In this document: piece by piece, positions 21,418-32,700 of the stretch
How the letters are laid out: every line of letters begins with the position of its first letter
How positions within the stretch are numbered: the stretch's first letter is position 1
Source of the DNA: Bdellovibrionota bacterium
GTDB taxonomy: Bacteria; Bdellovibrionota_C; UBA2361; CALJRW01
Length of the DNA: 64,000 bases
Reading direction: 5' to 3'
NCBI GenBank assembly: GCA_041740355.1
Contig: JBGSMD010000016.1
Coordinates: 188,936-252,935 of the forward strand
Notes under the pieces: model-generated
Told to the model about the DNA's origin: nothing
Seen by the model: only the letters and a program-made list of their open reading frames with translations
Database searches by the model: none
Translations under genes and position numbers: made by a program

Positions 21418-22686
21418 ATGGATTCTAATCATACCTTACTAACTGAGAATAAATTTATTAAAACAATCTTAATATTTATTTTGATTTTTACTGGAATTGC
21501 ATTAAAAGTTGGTGCCATTCATCTAATACCTAAAAGTCTAACTCCCGATGAAACGACTTATTTAAGACATGCCTCTGAAATTCAAGGCTTAGGACTTATT
21601 GCTGGAGTTCAGAAATCTATTGCCGATTACAATAATAACCTGGAGGAAAGATTATATCCAATTCCGCTAAGATTCGGGGTGACTGGGCCTTTAGCCTTAT
21701 CGAATCATTTTTTTGGGCAGAACTTAAATGCTAGTAGTTCTCCTTTCCTCTTCGCATCTGCTTCATCATTTATAATTTTAATAATAATTTCCTATTTTCT
21801 GGTGGGTATTTATGGAGCTTACTGCCTAGCTTTAATCTCAGTCTTTTTTTTACCTGAAATTGAGATTACTAGAAGAATTTGGACAGAGTCATTTACTGAG
21901 CTGTTTTATTTACTAATTGTTCTTTCCGGAATGCTGATTATTAAAAGTAAAAAAGCATTTTCTTTTTATTCATTGCCTTACATAATATTTGGAATTTATG
22001 TATTTTTCATTAAAGAGACTGCTTTCTTAATTCTCTTTGCTGGATCATTAATTCCATTTGGCTACTTTTTATCTAAGAAGAAGTATTTAGAGGCAGTAAA
22101 ATTATTTATTCTAGGACTATTAATGATATTATTTTCATTATCTGTCCTAGTTTATATGGTCGGTAGTTATGAATTATTGATTGAAACTTATCAAAATCAT
22201 TTTTTAGCTCATGAAAATAATAACTATGCCCAAAATTATCAAGATGGCAATTGGTATGATTTACTAATTAGTTTATTTATCCTTTCTCCCGGTTCAATAT
22301 TTTTACTTTTATCGGCAATTGTTATGCTGGGTTTTAGTAAGAAGTGTTTGCCAGCAAAACTAAATTTTAATCTCAAGTTTTTTATTAGTTATAGTTTATT
22401 AATTTGTTTCTTATTTATATTTGCTTGTAGTGTAACGAAGTATAATTTAAATCTGAGACAGCTTGCGCCTATTTACCCCTTGATTTTACTTTTGGCATCT
22501 ACTCCCATAGCTCTCTGTTTAAAACATCTAGCAAACTCTGGTAACTACAAAACATTTATTATAGTAAATATCTTATTACTCACAGCAATAGGATATAACG
22601 CACAAGTCGCTTGGCTTTACCTTAATACACCAAGCTGTCAAGATTTCTCTTTACGTTTAATCATGGAGTGCTTAAATTTAAGATAG
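21418..22686 (+). CDS. GT-C (ArnT/PMT-like) membrane glycosyltransferase
   Basis: TPDE after first TM helix, many TM segments, WTE, KET. Confidence 0.7.
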   Translation: MDSNHTLLTENKFIKTILIFILIFTGIALKVGAIHLIPKSLTPDETTYLRHASEIQGLGLIAGVQKSIADYNNNLEERLYPIPLRFGVTGPLALSNHFFGQNLNASSSPFLFASASSFIILIIISYFLVGIYGAYCLALISVFFLPEIEITRRIWTESFTELFYLLIVLSGMLIIKSKKAFSFYSLPYIIFGIYVFFIKETAFLILFAGSLIPFGYFLSKKKYLEAVKLFILGLLMILFSLSVLVYMVGSYELLIETYQNHFLAHENNNYAQNYQDGNWYDLLISLFILSPGSIFLLLSAIVMLGFSKKCLPAKLNFNLKFFISYSLLICFLFIFACSVTKYNLNLRQLAPIYPLILLLASTPIALCLKHLANSGNYKTFIIVNILLLTAIGYNAQVAWLYLNTPSCQDFSLRLIMECLNLR

Positions 22687-22898
22687 GTTGTTTTGTACCA
22701 AGCTATTAGGAGAGAAGTTATACTCGCACAAGATCGGGCAAGAAGAACTGGTTTTGCGGTACGAAAAGAAATCTCAGTAAATCAATTATATCAAAAAGTT
22801 AAGAAAGGTAACGTGGTAGGTGTTCAAAGGCGAAAATGAAGCTTGTTTAGTTAACTTAGAATTATATAATATTCTCATGCCAGAAACTAGATTGCATA

Positions 22899-23047
22899 GA
22901 TAGAAAGTCCAAAAAGTAATTTACTTAAGGAAACTACTTTTTGGGGCTTTCTATCCCCCGCAAGCGTAGTCAAATCATATAGTTATTACAAAAAACAAGC
23001 TGCGCTATTTTATTTATACGTAATTTATTTTTTGGAATAACTATATA
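22899..23047 (-). repeat. ~150-bp element with terminal hairpin, copy 2 (inverted relative to copy 1)
   Basis: Hairpin 22899-22955; remainder aligns to 14536-14628. Confidence 0.85.
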
Positions 23048-23096
23048 CTTACCGTTAGAGTAATACTGAGAGAATTTTACACAGCCCTAGCTAGAA

Positions 23097-23978
23097 TTAT
23101 TTCTTCTCAAGATCTAAAAAAGGCACAGCATTAACACCGTTGTAATGCGGCAACTGGCCAGACCATTTTTCAATTGTTCTTAATTGAATTAACTCTGGAT
23201 TATCTTTTAATGCTTTAGCTTCACGTGCAATAGCATCAGCACTAGCCTTGGAAGCCATTTCAATTGAATAAGCATTGGCATCTGCTTCCAGATTTTTTTC
23301 TGCCGCAGCAGCTTCTGCTTGAGTAACTCGGCGGATTTTTTCATTCTTAGCTTGTAATGCTTCTTGCTCCGCCCGGACTTTTAATTCAATTGCCCGGTTA
23401 AATTCATCGGAGAAATTAAAGTCAGTAATTGCAAAGTTAGCAATGTTTATTGCTCCTGTTAAATCTTTTTCATCAAGCGTAACATTAATAAAGCGATGAA
23501 TTGCTTCCTGAATCTGGAGCTTCACTTCTGCTCTTTTAGTGACCAGTTGCTCTGCCGTATACTGCGCTGTTACTGCTTTAACTGATTCGTGAATCGCAGG
23601 ACTGACGACAGTCGTAGCCACTGCCGCTTTGTTCCCAATCCCCTGAAGTACTTTCGGAGCAATCGCCCCATTAACAGCAAATTGCAAAGAAACTGCTGTT
23701 TGCACAGTCTGCAAATCTTTTGATGCTGCTGCGGCTTGAGCTTCGGAATTTGTCAGTCGGATATCTACATTTTCAAAGTGATCCAAAAAAGGAAATTTCA
23801 AATGGAATCCTTCAGGATATGATTCCGCCTGAATTGCACCAAGTCTTTTTTTAACTCCTACGTGTCCAACGTCTACCATGTGATAGCAGGTGGAAGAGAA
23901 TGTAAATATAATGAGCAGTACTATCCCCATAAGTACGACTGGGTTAAAGCTCTTATTGTAGTCAATTTGTGCGTTCAT
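23097..23978 (-). CDS. Prohibitin/SPFH domain protein
   Basis: GHVGV, EGFHLKFP, SKDLQ, AIE-K-AEQ. Confidence 0.9.
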   Translation of the reverse strand: MNAQIDYNKSFNPVVLMGIVLLIIFTFSSTCYHMVDVGHVGVKKRLGAIQAESYPEGFHLKFPFLDHFENVDIRLTNSEAQAAAASKDLQTVQTAVSLQFAVNGAIAPKVLQGIGNKAAVATTVVSPAIHESVKAVTAQYTAEQLVTKRAEVKLQIQEAIHRFINVTLDEKDLTGAINIANFAITDFNFSDEFNRAIELKVRAEQEALQAKNEKIRRVTQAEAAAAEKNLEADANAYSIEMASKASADAIAREAKALKDNPELIQLRTIEKWSGQLPHYNGVNAVPFLDLEKK

Positions 23979-24082
23979 ATTATTTCCGAATTATTTATTG
24001 AATTAGTAAGGGTAGCAACAATCATCACATTCGTAAACCATTAAGGCGTAAGAGCCTGGCGCTAGGTAAATCTAGGCAAAAG

Positions 24083-24565
24083 TTATTTGCCGATTAGGGT
24101 TAATTTTTTCTGAACTATCTCAAAACACTTTTTCACCTTAGTTCGTGTTTCTTTCTTTACTGCGTTAATTGAAACATAGGCAAGTCCAGCAATAGCAGTT
24201 TCATTCATTTGCTCTACTGGTAATTCATCACAGGCATCAGGTAATTGCATAGCAATCGCATCAGGATAGGCATGAGTTACTATATCAGCATATTTCTGAA
24301 GTTGGTCTGCACTCATAGAAGAAAATTTTAGTTTTGCTAGATCTGAAAAAGTATAAGCCAGTCCAAATTGATCAAATGGAAGCCCTTCGATATTCTTTGG
24401 ATTAATCGCTCGAGCTGAATCAATTACTTCAGGATAAGACCATGAGGCTGGAGAAGCTATATTTTCTTCAGCAGTAACTAAAGCGCTACTAAACAAAAAA
24501 ATGCAGCTGATAATTACCAATAAATTCATTTTCATTAAAAATATCCAGTTTATAAATAAGATCAT
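24083..24565 (-). CDS. Secreted hypothetical protein
   Basis: Signal peptide; likely start at MKMNL. Confidence 0.65.
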   Translation of the reverse strand: MILFINWIFLMKMNLLVIISCIFLFSSALVTAEENIASPASWSYPEVIDSARAINPKNIEGLPFDQFGLAYTFSDLAKLKFSSMSADQLQKYADIVTHAYPDAIAMQLPDACDELPVEQMNETAIAGLAYVSINAVKKETRTKVKKCFEIVQKKLTLIGK

Positions 24566-24729
24566 AGTAAAGAAAGGAAAAAGATAAAATACTTACAGAT
24601 TTGAATTCTCCATAGTATCAACAACTTGAATATTACCGCATGTTCTCTTTGGTACTATACTACTTTTGTAATTTGATTTGTTCTAAACTACTTTATTCAA
24701 ATCAAACGCAAGATACTGCCGTGTGCCAC

Positions 24730-25338
24730 TTAGAGTGGGCAGCATAAGACGAGCAGTTGCGCTGAATATAATCCAAGTCCGGCTGAGACGATTCTATTCA
24801 TTGTATACTCAACAAAGTAATCACGATTATCGCCATTATTACTGTCGATAGAACGACTTTGGACAACAACCTTTGTACCCACCGAGTTATTAAAGATGCT
24901 TACGTTGTACTCATCATCATAAATAAACTCCACACCTGGGACACAGCTAGCGGAAATAGTCAGTTTGTCAACGCTACCATTCGTATTGTCCTCTGCTGGC
25001 GGAGAATATTTCCTACATCCAGTGAAATCAATAAGCCCCTTCTCTCCCTTTACGCCTGCGTTTCCTGCTTGACCCTTAGCTCCCAAAGGACCGACCGGTC
25101 CAATTGGCCCAACTTGTTCACTACTAACTTCGATCATACTTTCTTTAAGTTTTTGGTCGAGAGCCGAACCTGTCAAAATGGTCTCTCCCTTCTTACATCT
25201 AGCTCTGACGTTTAATTCGTTAGTCTCGTTAACGCAAATCTTCATTGGCTTCTTGGCGACTTGCGCAACAAGGTCTGCCGGAAAATTAAGCAGCACTGCA
25301 AGCGCTGAAACAATGAATAGCTTTAGCGTGGGCAACAT
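24730..25338 (-). CDS. Secreted short collagen-like protein
   Basis: Signal peptide, Gly-X-Y run, C-terminal CCP. Confidence 0.75.
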   Translation of the reverse strand: MLPTLKLFIVSALAVLLNFPADLVAQVAKKPMKICVNETNELNVRARCKKGETILTGSALDQKLKESMIEVSSEQVGPIGPVGPLGAKGQAGNAGVKGEKGLIDFTGCRKYSPPAEDNTNGSVDKLTISASCVPGVEFIYDDEYNVSIFNNSVGTKVVVQSRSIDSNNGDNRDYFVEYTMNRIVSAGLGLYSAQLLVLCCPL

Positions 25339-25928
25339 ACGATCGATAATCCTAATTGATGACCTACAGCGCCGATAATTACTGCCTGACGGGACGAATA
25401 AGAGACGCCAACCGGATAAGAATCCGTCGCATCAAAAAGCAAGGATTTTGAATAAACGAAAGGTTTAGTTTGGTTGGTAGGAGGAAGTGTAAGATAAGAC
25501 GAACTAAGCATGAAATCTTGCTGGCCACTGCTATAATTACAGCTCAGCTGCCTCGTGCCTATGGAGTCTGCAGCGAAATCAAAAATTTGAGAAGGCGAGT
25601 TCCGATAGTAGCAGCCCCCAACATCAAAGCCAGCAGGATTTCCAGCTGCCCCCACCGCACCAGTATCGCCTTTTGGACCTGTTGATCCTTTAGGACCTTG
25701 CGGACCTTGTGGACCTTTAAGACCTTGGTCCGTTGCTAACGAAACTGCGTTACTTGCTAAACTAGCAAGTGAGAGCTTGGACTCTTTTTTTTTGCATTTA
25801 CTGACGCGAACACTGATCTTTCCTTTCGAGTTTAAGCAGACGACTTGTTTTTTAGTTGCGGCTATTGCTTCCGGCATCCATGCAATCGTGGAAATCACTG
25901 TTAAGAAAAGCATTGAAATTATTCGCAT
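25323..25928 (-). CDS. Secreted short collagen-like protein (paralog of neighbour)
   Basis: Signal peptide, GPQGPQGPKG run, C-terminal CCP. Confidence 0.75.
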   Translation of the reverse strand: MRIISMLFLTVISTIAWMPEAIAATKKQVVCLNSKGKISVRVSKCKKKESKLSLASLASNAVSLATDQGLKGPQGPQGPKGSTGPKGDTGAVGAAGNPAGFDVGGCYYRNSPSQIFDFAADSIGTRQLSCNYSSGQQDFMLSSSYLTLPPTNQTKPFVYSKSLLFDATDSYPVGVSYSSRQAVIIGAVGHQLGLSIVCCPR

Positions 25929-26114
25929 ATTAAATAAGTAGCCAATGTTGTAGAGCGAGTCAAGTTAAATTTCACAAGTCTGGCATTGGGTTAAGACTTG
26001 AATTTATAGAAACGATTGAGTAATGTTTTGGATAACTTCTTTCATAATTTCTATTCTACCCAACTATTTCGGTGTAAAGCACTTAAGTAATCGCATATTC
26101 TTTAATGAAATATT

Positions 26115-26900
26115 ATGAAGTTACAATATTTTGAAGTGAATGCATTTACAGCCCCTGGATTACTGGGTAATCCTGCAGGAGTTTGTCCGTTGTCTAAGTG
26201 GCTTCCTGATTCATTAATGCAGAAAATCGCGGCACAGAACAATTTATCAGAGACAGCATTTTTCGTTCCAACTGAAACAGGATTTCATTTGCGTTGGTTC
26301 ACTACCCGAAGTGAAGTAGATTTGTGCGGACATGCCACTATGGCTACAGCTCATGTAATCATTAACGAATTGCGGCAACATAATAATGAAATCTTATTTC
26401 TAACTAAAAGCGGAGAACTGAAGGTCTCATGTCATAATCAACTTTATATTCTTAACTTTCCGGCAAGACCGGGAATAACAAAGATCCCTGATGGATTAGA
26501 TCTAAAGTTGGCTCAGGGAAATTCGATAGTTGCCTTGCACAGTAGTAGAGATCTAATGATGATTTTTGAAGATCAAGATTTAGTTAATAATTATCAGCCT
26601 GACTTTTCAGAAATAGTAAAAATTTCCGAATATGGATTTATTATTTCAGCTCCAGGAAAAGATTGTGATTTTGTTTCTCGTTTCTTTCTGCCTAAAGATG
26701 ATTTACCGGAAGATCCAGTAACAGGTTCTACTCACTGTACCCTAATTCCCTATTGGGCAAAGATGACGGGGAAAAACAGCTTAATTGCACGGCAGTCTTC
26801 TACTCGTGGTGGTGAATTGAAATGTGAACTTCAAGGTAATCGAGTTTTAATAGGTGGACATGCCGCAACTTACTTACGCGGGGAAATTGAGATTAATTAG
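26115..26900 (+). CDS. PhzF family isomerase
   Basis: GNPAGV, LSETAF, EVDLCGHAT, EDPVTGS. Confidence 0.92.
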   Translation: MKLQYFEVNAFTAPGLLGNPAGVCPLSKWLPDSLMQKIAAQNNLSETAFFVPTETGFHLRWFTTRSEVDLCGHATMATAHVIINELRQHNNEILFLTKSGELKVSCHNQLYILNFPARPGITKIPDGLDLKLAQGNSIVALHSSRDLMMIFEDQDLVNNYQPDFSEIVKISEYGFIISAPGKDCDFVSRFFLPKDDLPEDPVTGSTHCTLIPYWAKMTGKNSLIARQSSTRGGELKCELQGNRVLIGGHAATYLRGEIEIN

Positions 26901-26998
26901 TTAAAATAATACAGACAATTTTTTTAAAACTCGTCCCAGTCAATTTTTATTTGCTTCAGCGTATTCTATAATACTGAAGTGATATTCAGCGGAGCAAA

Positions 26999-27030
26999 TA
27001 TCCCCTCCTAATGAAATTACGGAGGGGATA
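26999..27030. terminator. Hairpin between convergent phzF-like and deaD genes, likely terminator
   Basis: TATCCCCTCC-TAATGAAATTAC-GGAGGGGATA. Confidence 0.7.
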
Positions 27031-27066
27031 ATGATCCTGTTACTAACAAAAACTTAGAATTATTTA

Positions 27067-28911
27067 TTAATTCCCAGCTCTAGCTCTTCCACTAGATTTT
27101 TTTGATCTAGGACTGTCACGATGATTCTTATTTTCAGTAAACTTATTACCATTACTTTCAGGTCTACTACCTCTATGCCCTCTTTTTCCACCAGCTACTC
27201 GGGCAGCACCGCCACTCAATTTTTCTCGAGTTCTACCACTATCTTCTCTTCTCGGCATAGGCATATCAGATCCTACAGCTATAGCTTGATAGTTTTCGTT
27301 ATTAATCCAAATCTGACTTAACTTAAAAACCATTTCACTGCTTAAGTCCTGTGGTAATTCAACTGTAGTATGATCATCTGATAAAGAGATCCTTCCAATA
27401 TTACTTCCACTCATACCTGTTGCACTAGCAACACCACTAACAATACTAGCAGGACGAACTCCGTCTCTTCTACCGGTTTCAATCCGATAACGAATAAATC
27501 CAGCTTCAACTTCTCTTGGCGCCGCATTTCGAGATCCACGACTATCTCGATCTTCACGTCCTCTTCCACGAGATTCTTCTTCTCTCATTTCTGGCATTGG
27601 AGCTGATTTTTTTTCATGCACGATGTAATGCAGAGCGGCAACGATATCTTTTAATTCTAAAGATCCATCCTCTAAAAATTTAGCTATGATCTTATGCTCC
27701 TTCCCTAACATCTTAGTAGATATAGTTTCTTTTAACTTTTCTTTAAAACGCTCATCACGCATGTCTTCTAACTCTGCTTTACTAGGAAGAGCTATTTGAG
27801 TCATTCGTTGTCTAGTTGCTCTTTCGATATTACTTAGTAAACGAGTCTCTCGCGGTCCAACAAAAAGAATCGCACGTCCACTTCTACCAGCTCGTCCTGT
27901 CCGACCAATTCTATGAACATAAGACTCTGTGTCGCGTGGCGCATCATAATTGACTACATGACTAATCCGTTCCACATCCAAACCACGAGCCGCGACATCT
28001 GTCGCCACAACAATATTTAAACGTCCATTTTTTAATGATTTAATAGTTTGTTCTCTGGCAGATTGGTTCATATCACCATTAAGTGCGGAACAAGAATATC
28101 CTTGCGTTTGTAAACACTCAACCAGATCAACAGTAGCAGCTTTAGTTTTAACAAAAATTAAACAAGCATCGACTTCTTCAACTTCTAAAATGGTATTAAG
28201 AATCGAAAATTTCTCTTTACCAGTAGCAACACAAAATACTTGCTCAATATTTTCTACGGTTTGTGTTTTACTTTCGATTGTCACTTCAGCTTGATCAGTT
28301 AAATGCTCCTGAGCAATTTTTTTAATTCTAGGAGGCATCGTTGCTGAGAATAAAGCAATTTGTGTCTCTTCTGGTGTTTCACTTAAAATCCAATCGATAT
28401 CTTCAATGAATCCCATCTTCAGCATTTCATCGGCTTCATCAAGAACAACTGCTTTGATATTATCAAGCTTTAATGTTTTTCTTTTTAAATGATCAATTAC
28501 TCTACCAGGAGTTCCAACAATAACATGTGTCGCGCGCTTTAAATCTGAAAGTTGCTGACCCATCGACTGTCCACCATAAATAGGTAGAACCTTAAAGCCT
28601 TTTAAGTCCTTCGCGTAATCTTTGAATGCTTCAGCTACTTGAATACCAAGTTCACGTGTTGGTGTTAAAACCAATACTTGGGGATTATTATTACCGATAT
28701 CAATGTTCTGTAGTAAGGGCAGAGCAAATGCTCCTGTTTTACCTGTTCCAGTTTGTGCCTGCGCTAATAGATCGCGACCTTCCATTAAGAGTGGAATGCT
28801 TTGAGCCTGAATTGGAGTTGGCGTATCGTAACTCATGTTAGATAGCGCACTTAATAGTTCTTTTTTTAATCCTAAATCCGCAAAGGATAAAGGTGTAGCC
28901 TTAGTTGTCAT
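27067..28911 (-). CDS. deaD: DEAD-box RNA helicase DeaD/CsdA
   Basis: Q motif, AQTGTGKT, PTREL, DEAD, SAT, HRIGRTGR; DbpA-type C-terminal domain. Confidence 0.92.
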   Translation of the reverse strand: MTTKATPLSFADLGLKKELLSALSNMSYDTPTPIQAQSIPLLMEGRDLLAQAQTGTGKTGAFALPLLQNIDIGNNNPQVLVLTPTRELGIQVAEAFKDYAKDLKGFKVLPIYGGQSMGQQLSDLKRATHVIVGTPGRVIDHLKRKTLKLDNIKAVVLDEADEMLKMGFIEDIDWILSETPEETQIALFSATMPPRIKKIAQEHLTDQAEVTIESKTQTVENIEQVFCVATGKEKFSILNTILEVEEVDACLIFVKTKAATVDLVECLQTQGYSCSALNGDMNQSAREQTIKSLKNGRLNIVVATDVAARGLDVERISHVVNYDAPRDTESYVHRIGRTGRAGRSGRAILFVGPRETRLLSNIERATRQRMTQIALPSKAELEDMRDERFKEKLKETISTKMLGKEHKIIAKFLEDGSLELKDIVAALHYIVHEKKSAPMPEMREEESRGRGREDRDSRGSRNAAPREVEAGFIRYRIETGRRDGVRPASIVSGVASATGMSGSNIGRISLSDDHTTVELPQDLSSEMVFKLSQIWINNENYQAIAVGSDMPMPRREDSGRTREKLSGGAARVAGGKRGHRGSRPESNGNKFTENKNHRDSPRSKKSSGRARAGN

Positions 28912-29236
28912 TTTAATTTGCTTTATATAAGTTTTTGAATGATTTTATCCTAAGAGTAAAATCATCGTTTGAGGCGAAATCCTCAAACTTAAATGGTTAG
29001 AAAACCTGACTAACGGCAAATAGACTAAGCAAACTTAGTTATAATTGCGGTTAGTACTATACAAAGCGAGAGCTCGAAAATGCCAATAAGAACTATGTGG
29101 CTTTGGGTACCTTCCAGCGCGAGACTATATAGGAATCAAGGAGTTATGCAAGTATTCTATTATTCCACAGAACTTGTGCTAGGCTCATATCTTGTTGAAT
29201 GAGGTAGCAATAAATACTTATCTTGTTTTTTAGGTT

Positions 29237-29587
29237 TTAGAAACCTCTACACATACGCTCCATCTTCTCTCTTTGCGTTTCTTCGCCATAGTAAAATGAG
29301 ACCTCCAAACGATTAAATGAGGTTAACAGAAATAAAACCAATAATAAAAGAAAACCCCGATACCAAAGTTTGTTTTTGAATAATATGAGGCTGGCAAGTA
29401 TTATAAAAAGAGTAGCTACAGGACGTGCCAAATGCCAGCTATCTGAGAACAACGCCTTGACAATCGAACAAGCAACCCACGGAAAAGGAAAAAACCGGCC
29501 ATTATCATTTGATACTGAAATAGCTATTCCTGAACTCAGGATAGCAACTATGATTATTGTGGTTTCTATATACTGTCTAATTTTCAT
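29237..29587 (-). CDS. Small membrane protein
   Basis: Three hydrophobic segments. Confidence 0.55.
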   Translation of the reverse strand: MKIRQYIETTIIIVAILSSGIAISVSNDNGRFFPFPWVACSIVKALFSDSWHLARPVATLFIILASLILFKNKLWYRGFLLLLVLFLLTSFNRLEVSFYYGEETQREKMERMCRGF

Positions 29588-29748
29588 GAAATAATTATGT
29601 TTCCAAGGGGTTTTTAAAGGTTATGTACTTTTGCCAGGCTATGATGTCACACTTTTGTAAAATTATTTAATAAAACTATATAAGTCTTTAATTCGTTAGA
29701 TCAACGAGCGAGACAAATTAATAGGTTTTTCCAACTACTTAGGTTTTT

Positions 29749-32700
29749 ATACAAATTAAAACGAAGGTTATCCTCCTATCCTTTCTCACTTTTATCTTAA
29801 TACTTTCTATCGGATTGCCAAGCGGAGTCGAGTACGTCTCCAATCAACAAATTCGTTCTCTCAATAAGCTCACTCCTCTGGATCAGACTTTCAGCGTTAT
29901 ATATGAGAATAAAGCATTTGACTGCGTATATCTAAAAAAAGCAGAGTTTGGACAAATTAAAGAGATTGATGGTGAGTTAATATTTAAATCATTTAGCAAA
30001 GTATATAGAGCAAAAATTAAGAAGCTTACTGATACCGGAAATGTTGTAAAAGCTAATAAGCTTAAACTAAAAAAGAAAAACATTGAGCAACTTTGCCAAA
30101 AAACCTTGACCAGTAGCCTGCCCCTAGAAAACTCAATTTTCGATCTAATCGATGCCTCAACTGAAAAAGTCATTACATCTTTAAGTAATGGTTCGATAGT
30201 TGATCTTTCTAAGATTAACACTAGCGAATTTAACATCGTAGTTCGTTATCCGGAAACAGTAGGTAGCTTCAAAATAGTTTTAAACTCTGATACTCAAATT
30301 GATAATGCTAAACCATATTCACTCTATGGTGATGATGATCAAAGAGATTTTTATAGTGGTCAGCTAACATCAGGGGATTACACCCTGACAGCAACTCCTT
30401 ATTCTAAATCGAATGCGAAGGGTACGCCCGGAGAATCTTTTACAATTCAATTTATAGTCGCTAATGCTATTATTATTTCCCCGTCAGCTAATAGTAACAG
30501 CGCATTAGAAGTAAATAATTCAACCAATCTAAGTACATCAACAGTATCTACGCCAAATACGGAGACTACTAAAGCAGCTACGACTCCTCTGATTACAGCT
30601 GCTGCAGTGGTTTCTAAAACTTGCCCATCTATCACTCAGTACGGTATCACCTGGACTTTCTTGAACCCTCCTGTTTGTGGTCAATTTGCAACTGGAGATT
30701 GGTGGGTGATAGGACCAGTTACGATTACTAATATTAGTCCTAAAGGCACTACTTCTAGTGGAAGTATGATTGGTCCAGATGCGCCAGGTTCATGGAATAT
30801 AAATCATGGGTTTGATAGTAGGATTGAGGATAATGTTTTTGTGCAAAATTTAAATATTGCGACAAAACTTCCTTACCAAATGGCGGCTAATAAATCTCTA
30901 ATATCTTCTATAAGTAGCACAGCAAATACTCCACGCTATCAGCTATCAGATCAGGCCATCCTAACAACTCTTTCATCTATACCAGATGAAGGTAGTTTTC
31001 GACCTACGTATTTTGGAAGTGATAAAACTATCAAATGGAATAAAAGTCAGATTAATTATTCAAAATTAAGTAAGTCAATCAAATCGAGTTTGTTTAATCT
31101 ATCTGACGTAGAAGGTGGCAATATAAGACCTCTTGTGATGTTAGGCATGAAAGATTCATACAAAGGTACTCATCTAATTGCATCAAATAACCAAGCATAC
31201 TATGGAGGAGATGTTTCAAAAACTAATGCGTACGCAGCACTCGCCTTGAATTCAGATCTTACAGATGCACAAAAAGAAAAATTGGCGATCGGTTTTATCC
31301 AAAAAGGAATTGATATCTATGAAGGTGTTGTAAGAGGTAATTACACTGTTCCAGGGGGTGGTTATCCATATGGATATAAAACACCACTATTCTTTGCTGC
31401 AGTGTTACTCAATGATCCAAATATTATTAAATATGCAAATTCCAAAGCAATTGCGGCTGATGGTAAACCTGGAATTTTTGCCGAGGACAGGGCCTATTAT
31501 TATGTAGATAATATCGATCTAGGGGCACGAGCAGATGCAAATAAGTATGGCCTAAGTGGTGGCGTTGGTTGTTCATTAACTAATAGTGCTAAAACAGCAT
31601 GTGAGCCAGGAAGAACAATTGTGCCATACACCTCAAACATGACCGGTATGCCAGAATGGGGCAATGAAGGTCATGATTGGTTTGCTAGTTCAGAATGGGG
31701 AACTATCTATCGAGATGTTACAGGTCCTAACTTTATCGGCGTTGCTCTCGCAGTTCAACTTATGGGTGCAGAAAGTGTTTGGAATAATCAAGCGTTCTTT
31801 GACTACATGAATCAAAGAGCCTGGCCCTTCTGGTCTTCTTATTACCAAGCAGGCGAAAAAGAGAATTGGGCAATTAAACCTACGACAACTGATTCAAACG
31901 GTAATTATATAAACAGAGTTGATGATTTTATCGATAAAGCGTGGATTTCAACTCGCTCTCCTATTGGGACTATTCCTAATTCTCACAAACCTCTAAATCC
32001 AGTTAGCTCTGCTTGGCCAAAAGGACCATACCCATCTAACTATCCTACTTATGGTGGACCAGGTTCGGTGACCCCTCCTGTATCAACTACAACTTATACT
32101 TTGACTGCTAACAAAGCAGGAACAGGTGCTGGAAACATTACAGGAAATAACTCGCCGTATACAAGTGGTGCAACTGCAACACTTACAGCAACTGCTTCTG
32201 GCGGTTCAACATTTACTTCTTGGTCGGGATGTACTTCTACTTCTGGAGCAACATGTAATGTATCAATGACTGCTGCAAAAACAGTAACTGCAACTTTCAC
32301 ACTTGTTACAACGTCAACACCTGTTCCTACAGCGACTCCAACATCTATTAACTACACTTTGACTGCTAACAAAGCAGGAACTGGTGCTGGAACTATTACT
32401 GGGAATAACTCGCCGTATACAAGTGGAGCAACTGCAACACTTACAGCGACTGCTTCCAGCGGTTCAACATTTACTTCTTGGTCGGGATGTACTTCTACTT
32501 CCGGAACAACATGTTCAGTGTCAATGACTGCTGCAAAAACAGTGACTGCCACTTTCACACTAAGTCCTGTAACCAACACAACTAGGCCAACAATCCCTGG
32601 GAAAATAGAAGCTGAAAACTACACTGCTTTCTATGACACAACTGCAGCTCCTGGAGTTGAAACCACAACTGATGTTGGTGGGGGTAAAAATGTAGGCTAT

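Noticed and set aside
22686-22840. Possible RAYT C-terminal fragment, implying the GT-C gene sits inside a RAYT relic
   Set aside because: Similarity (ISVNQLYQKVKKG vs QEINLEYQSKRSG) is too weak to support by eye.
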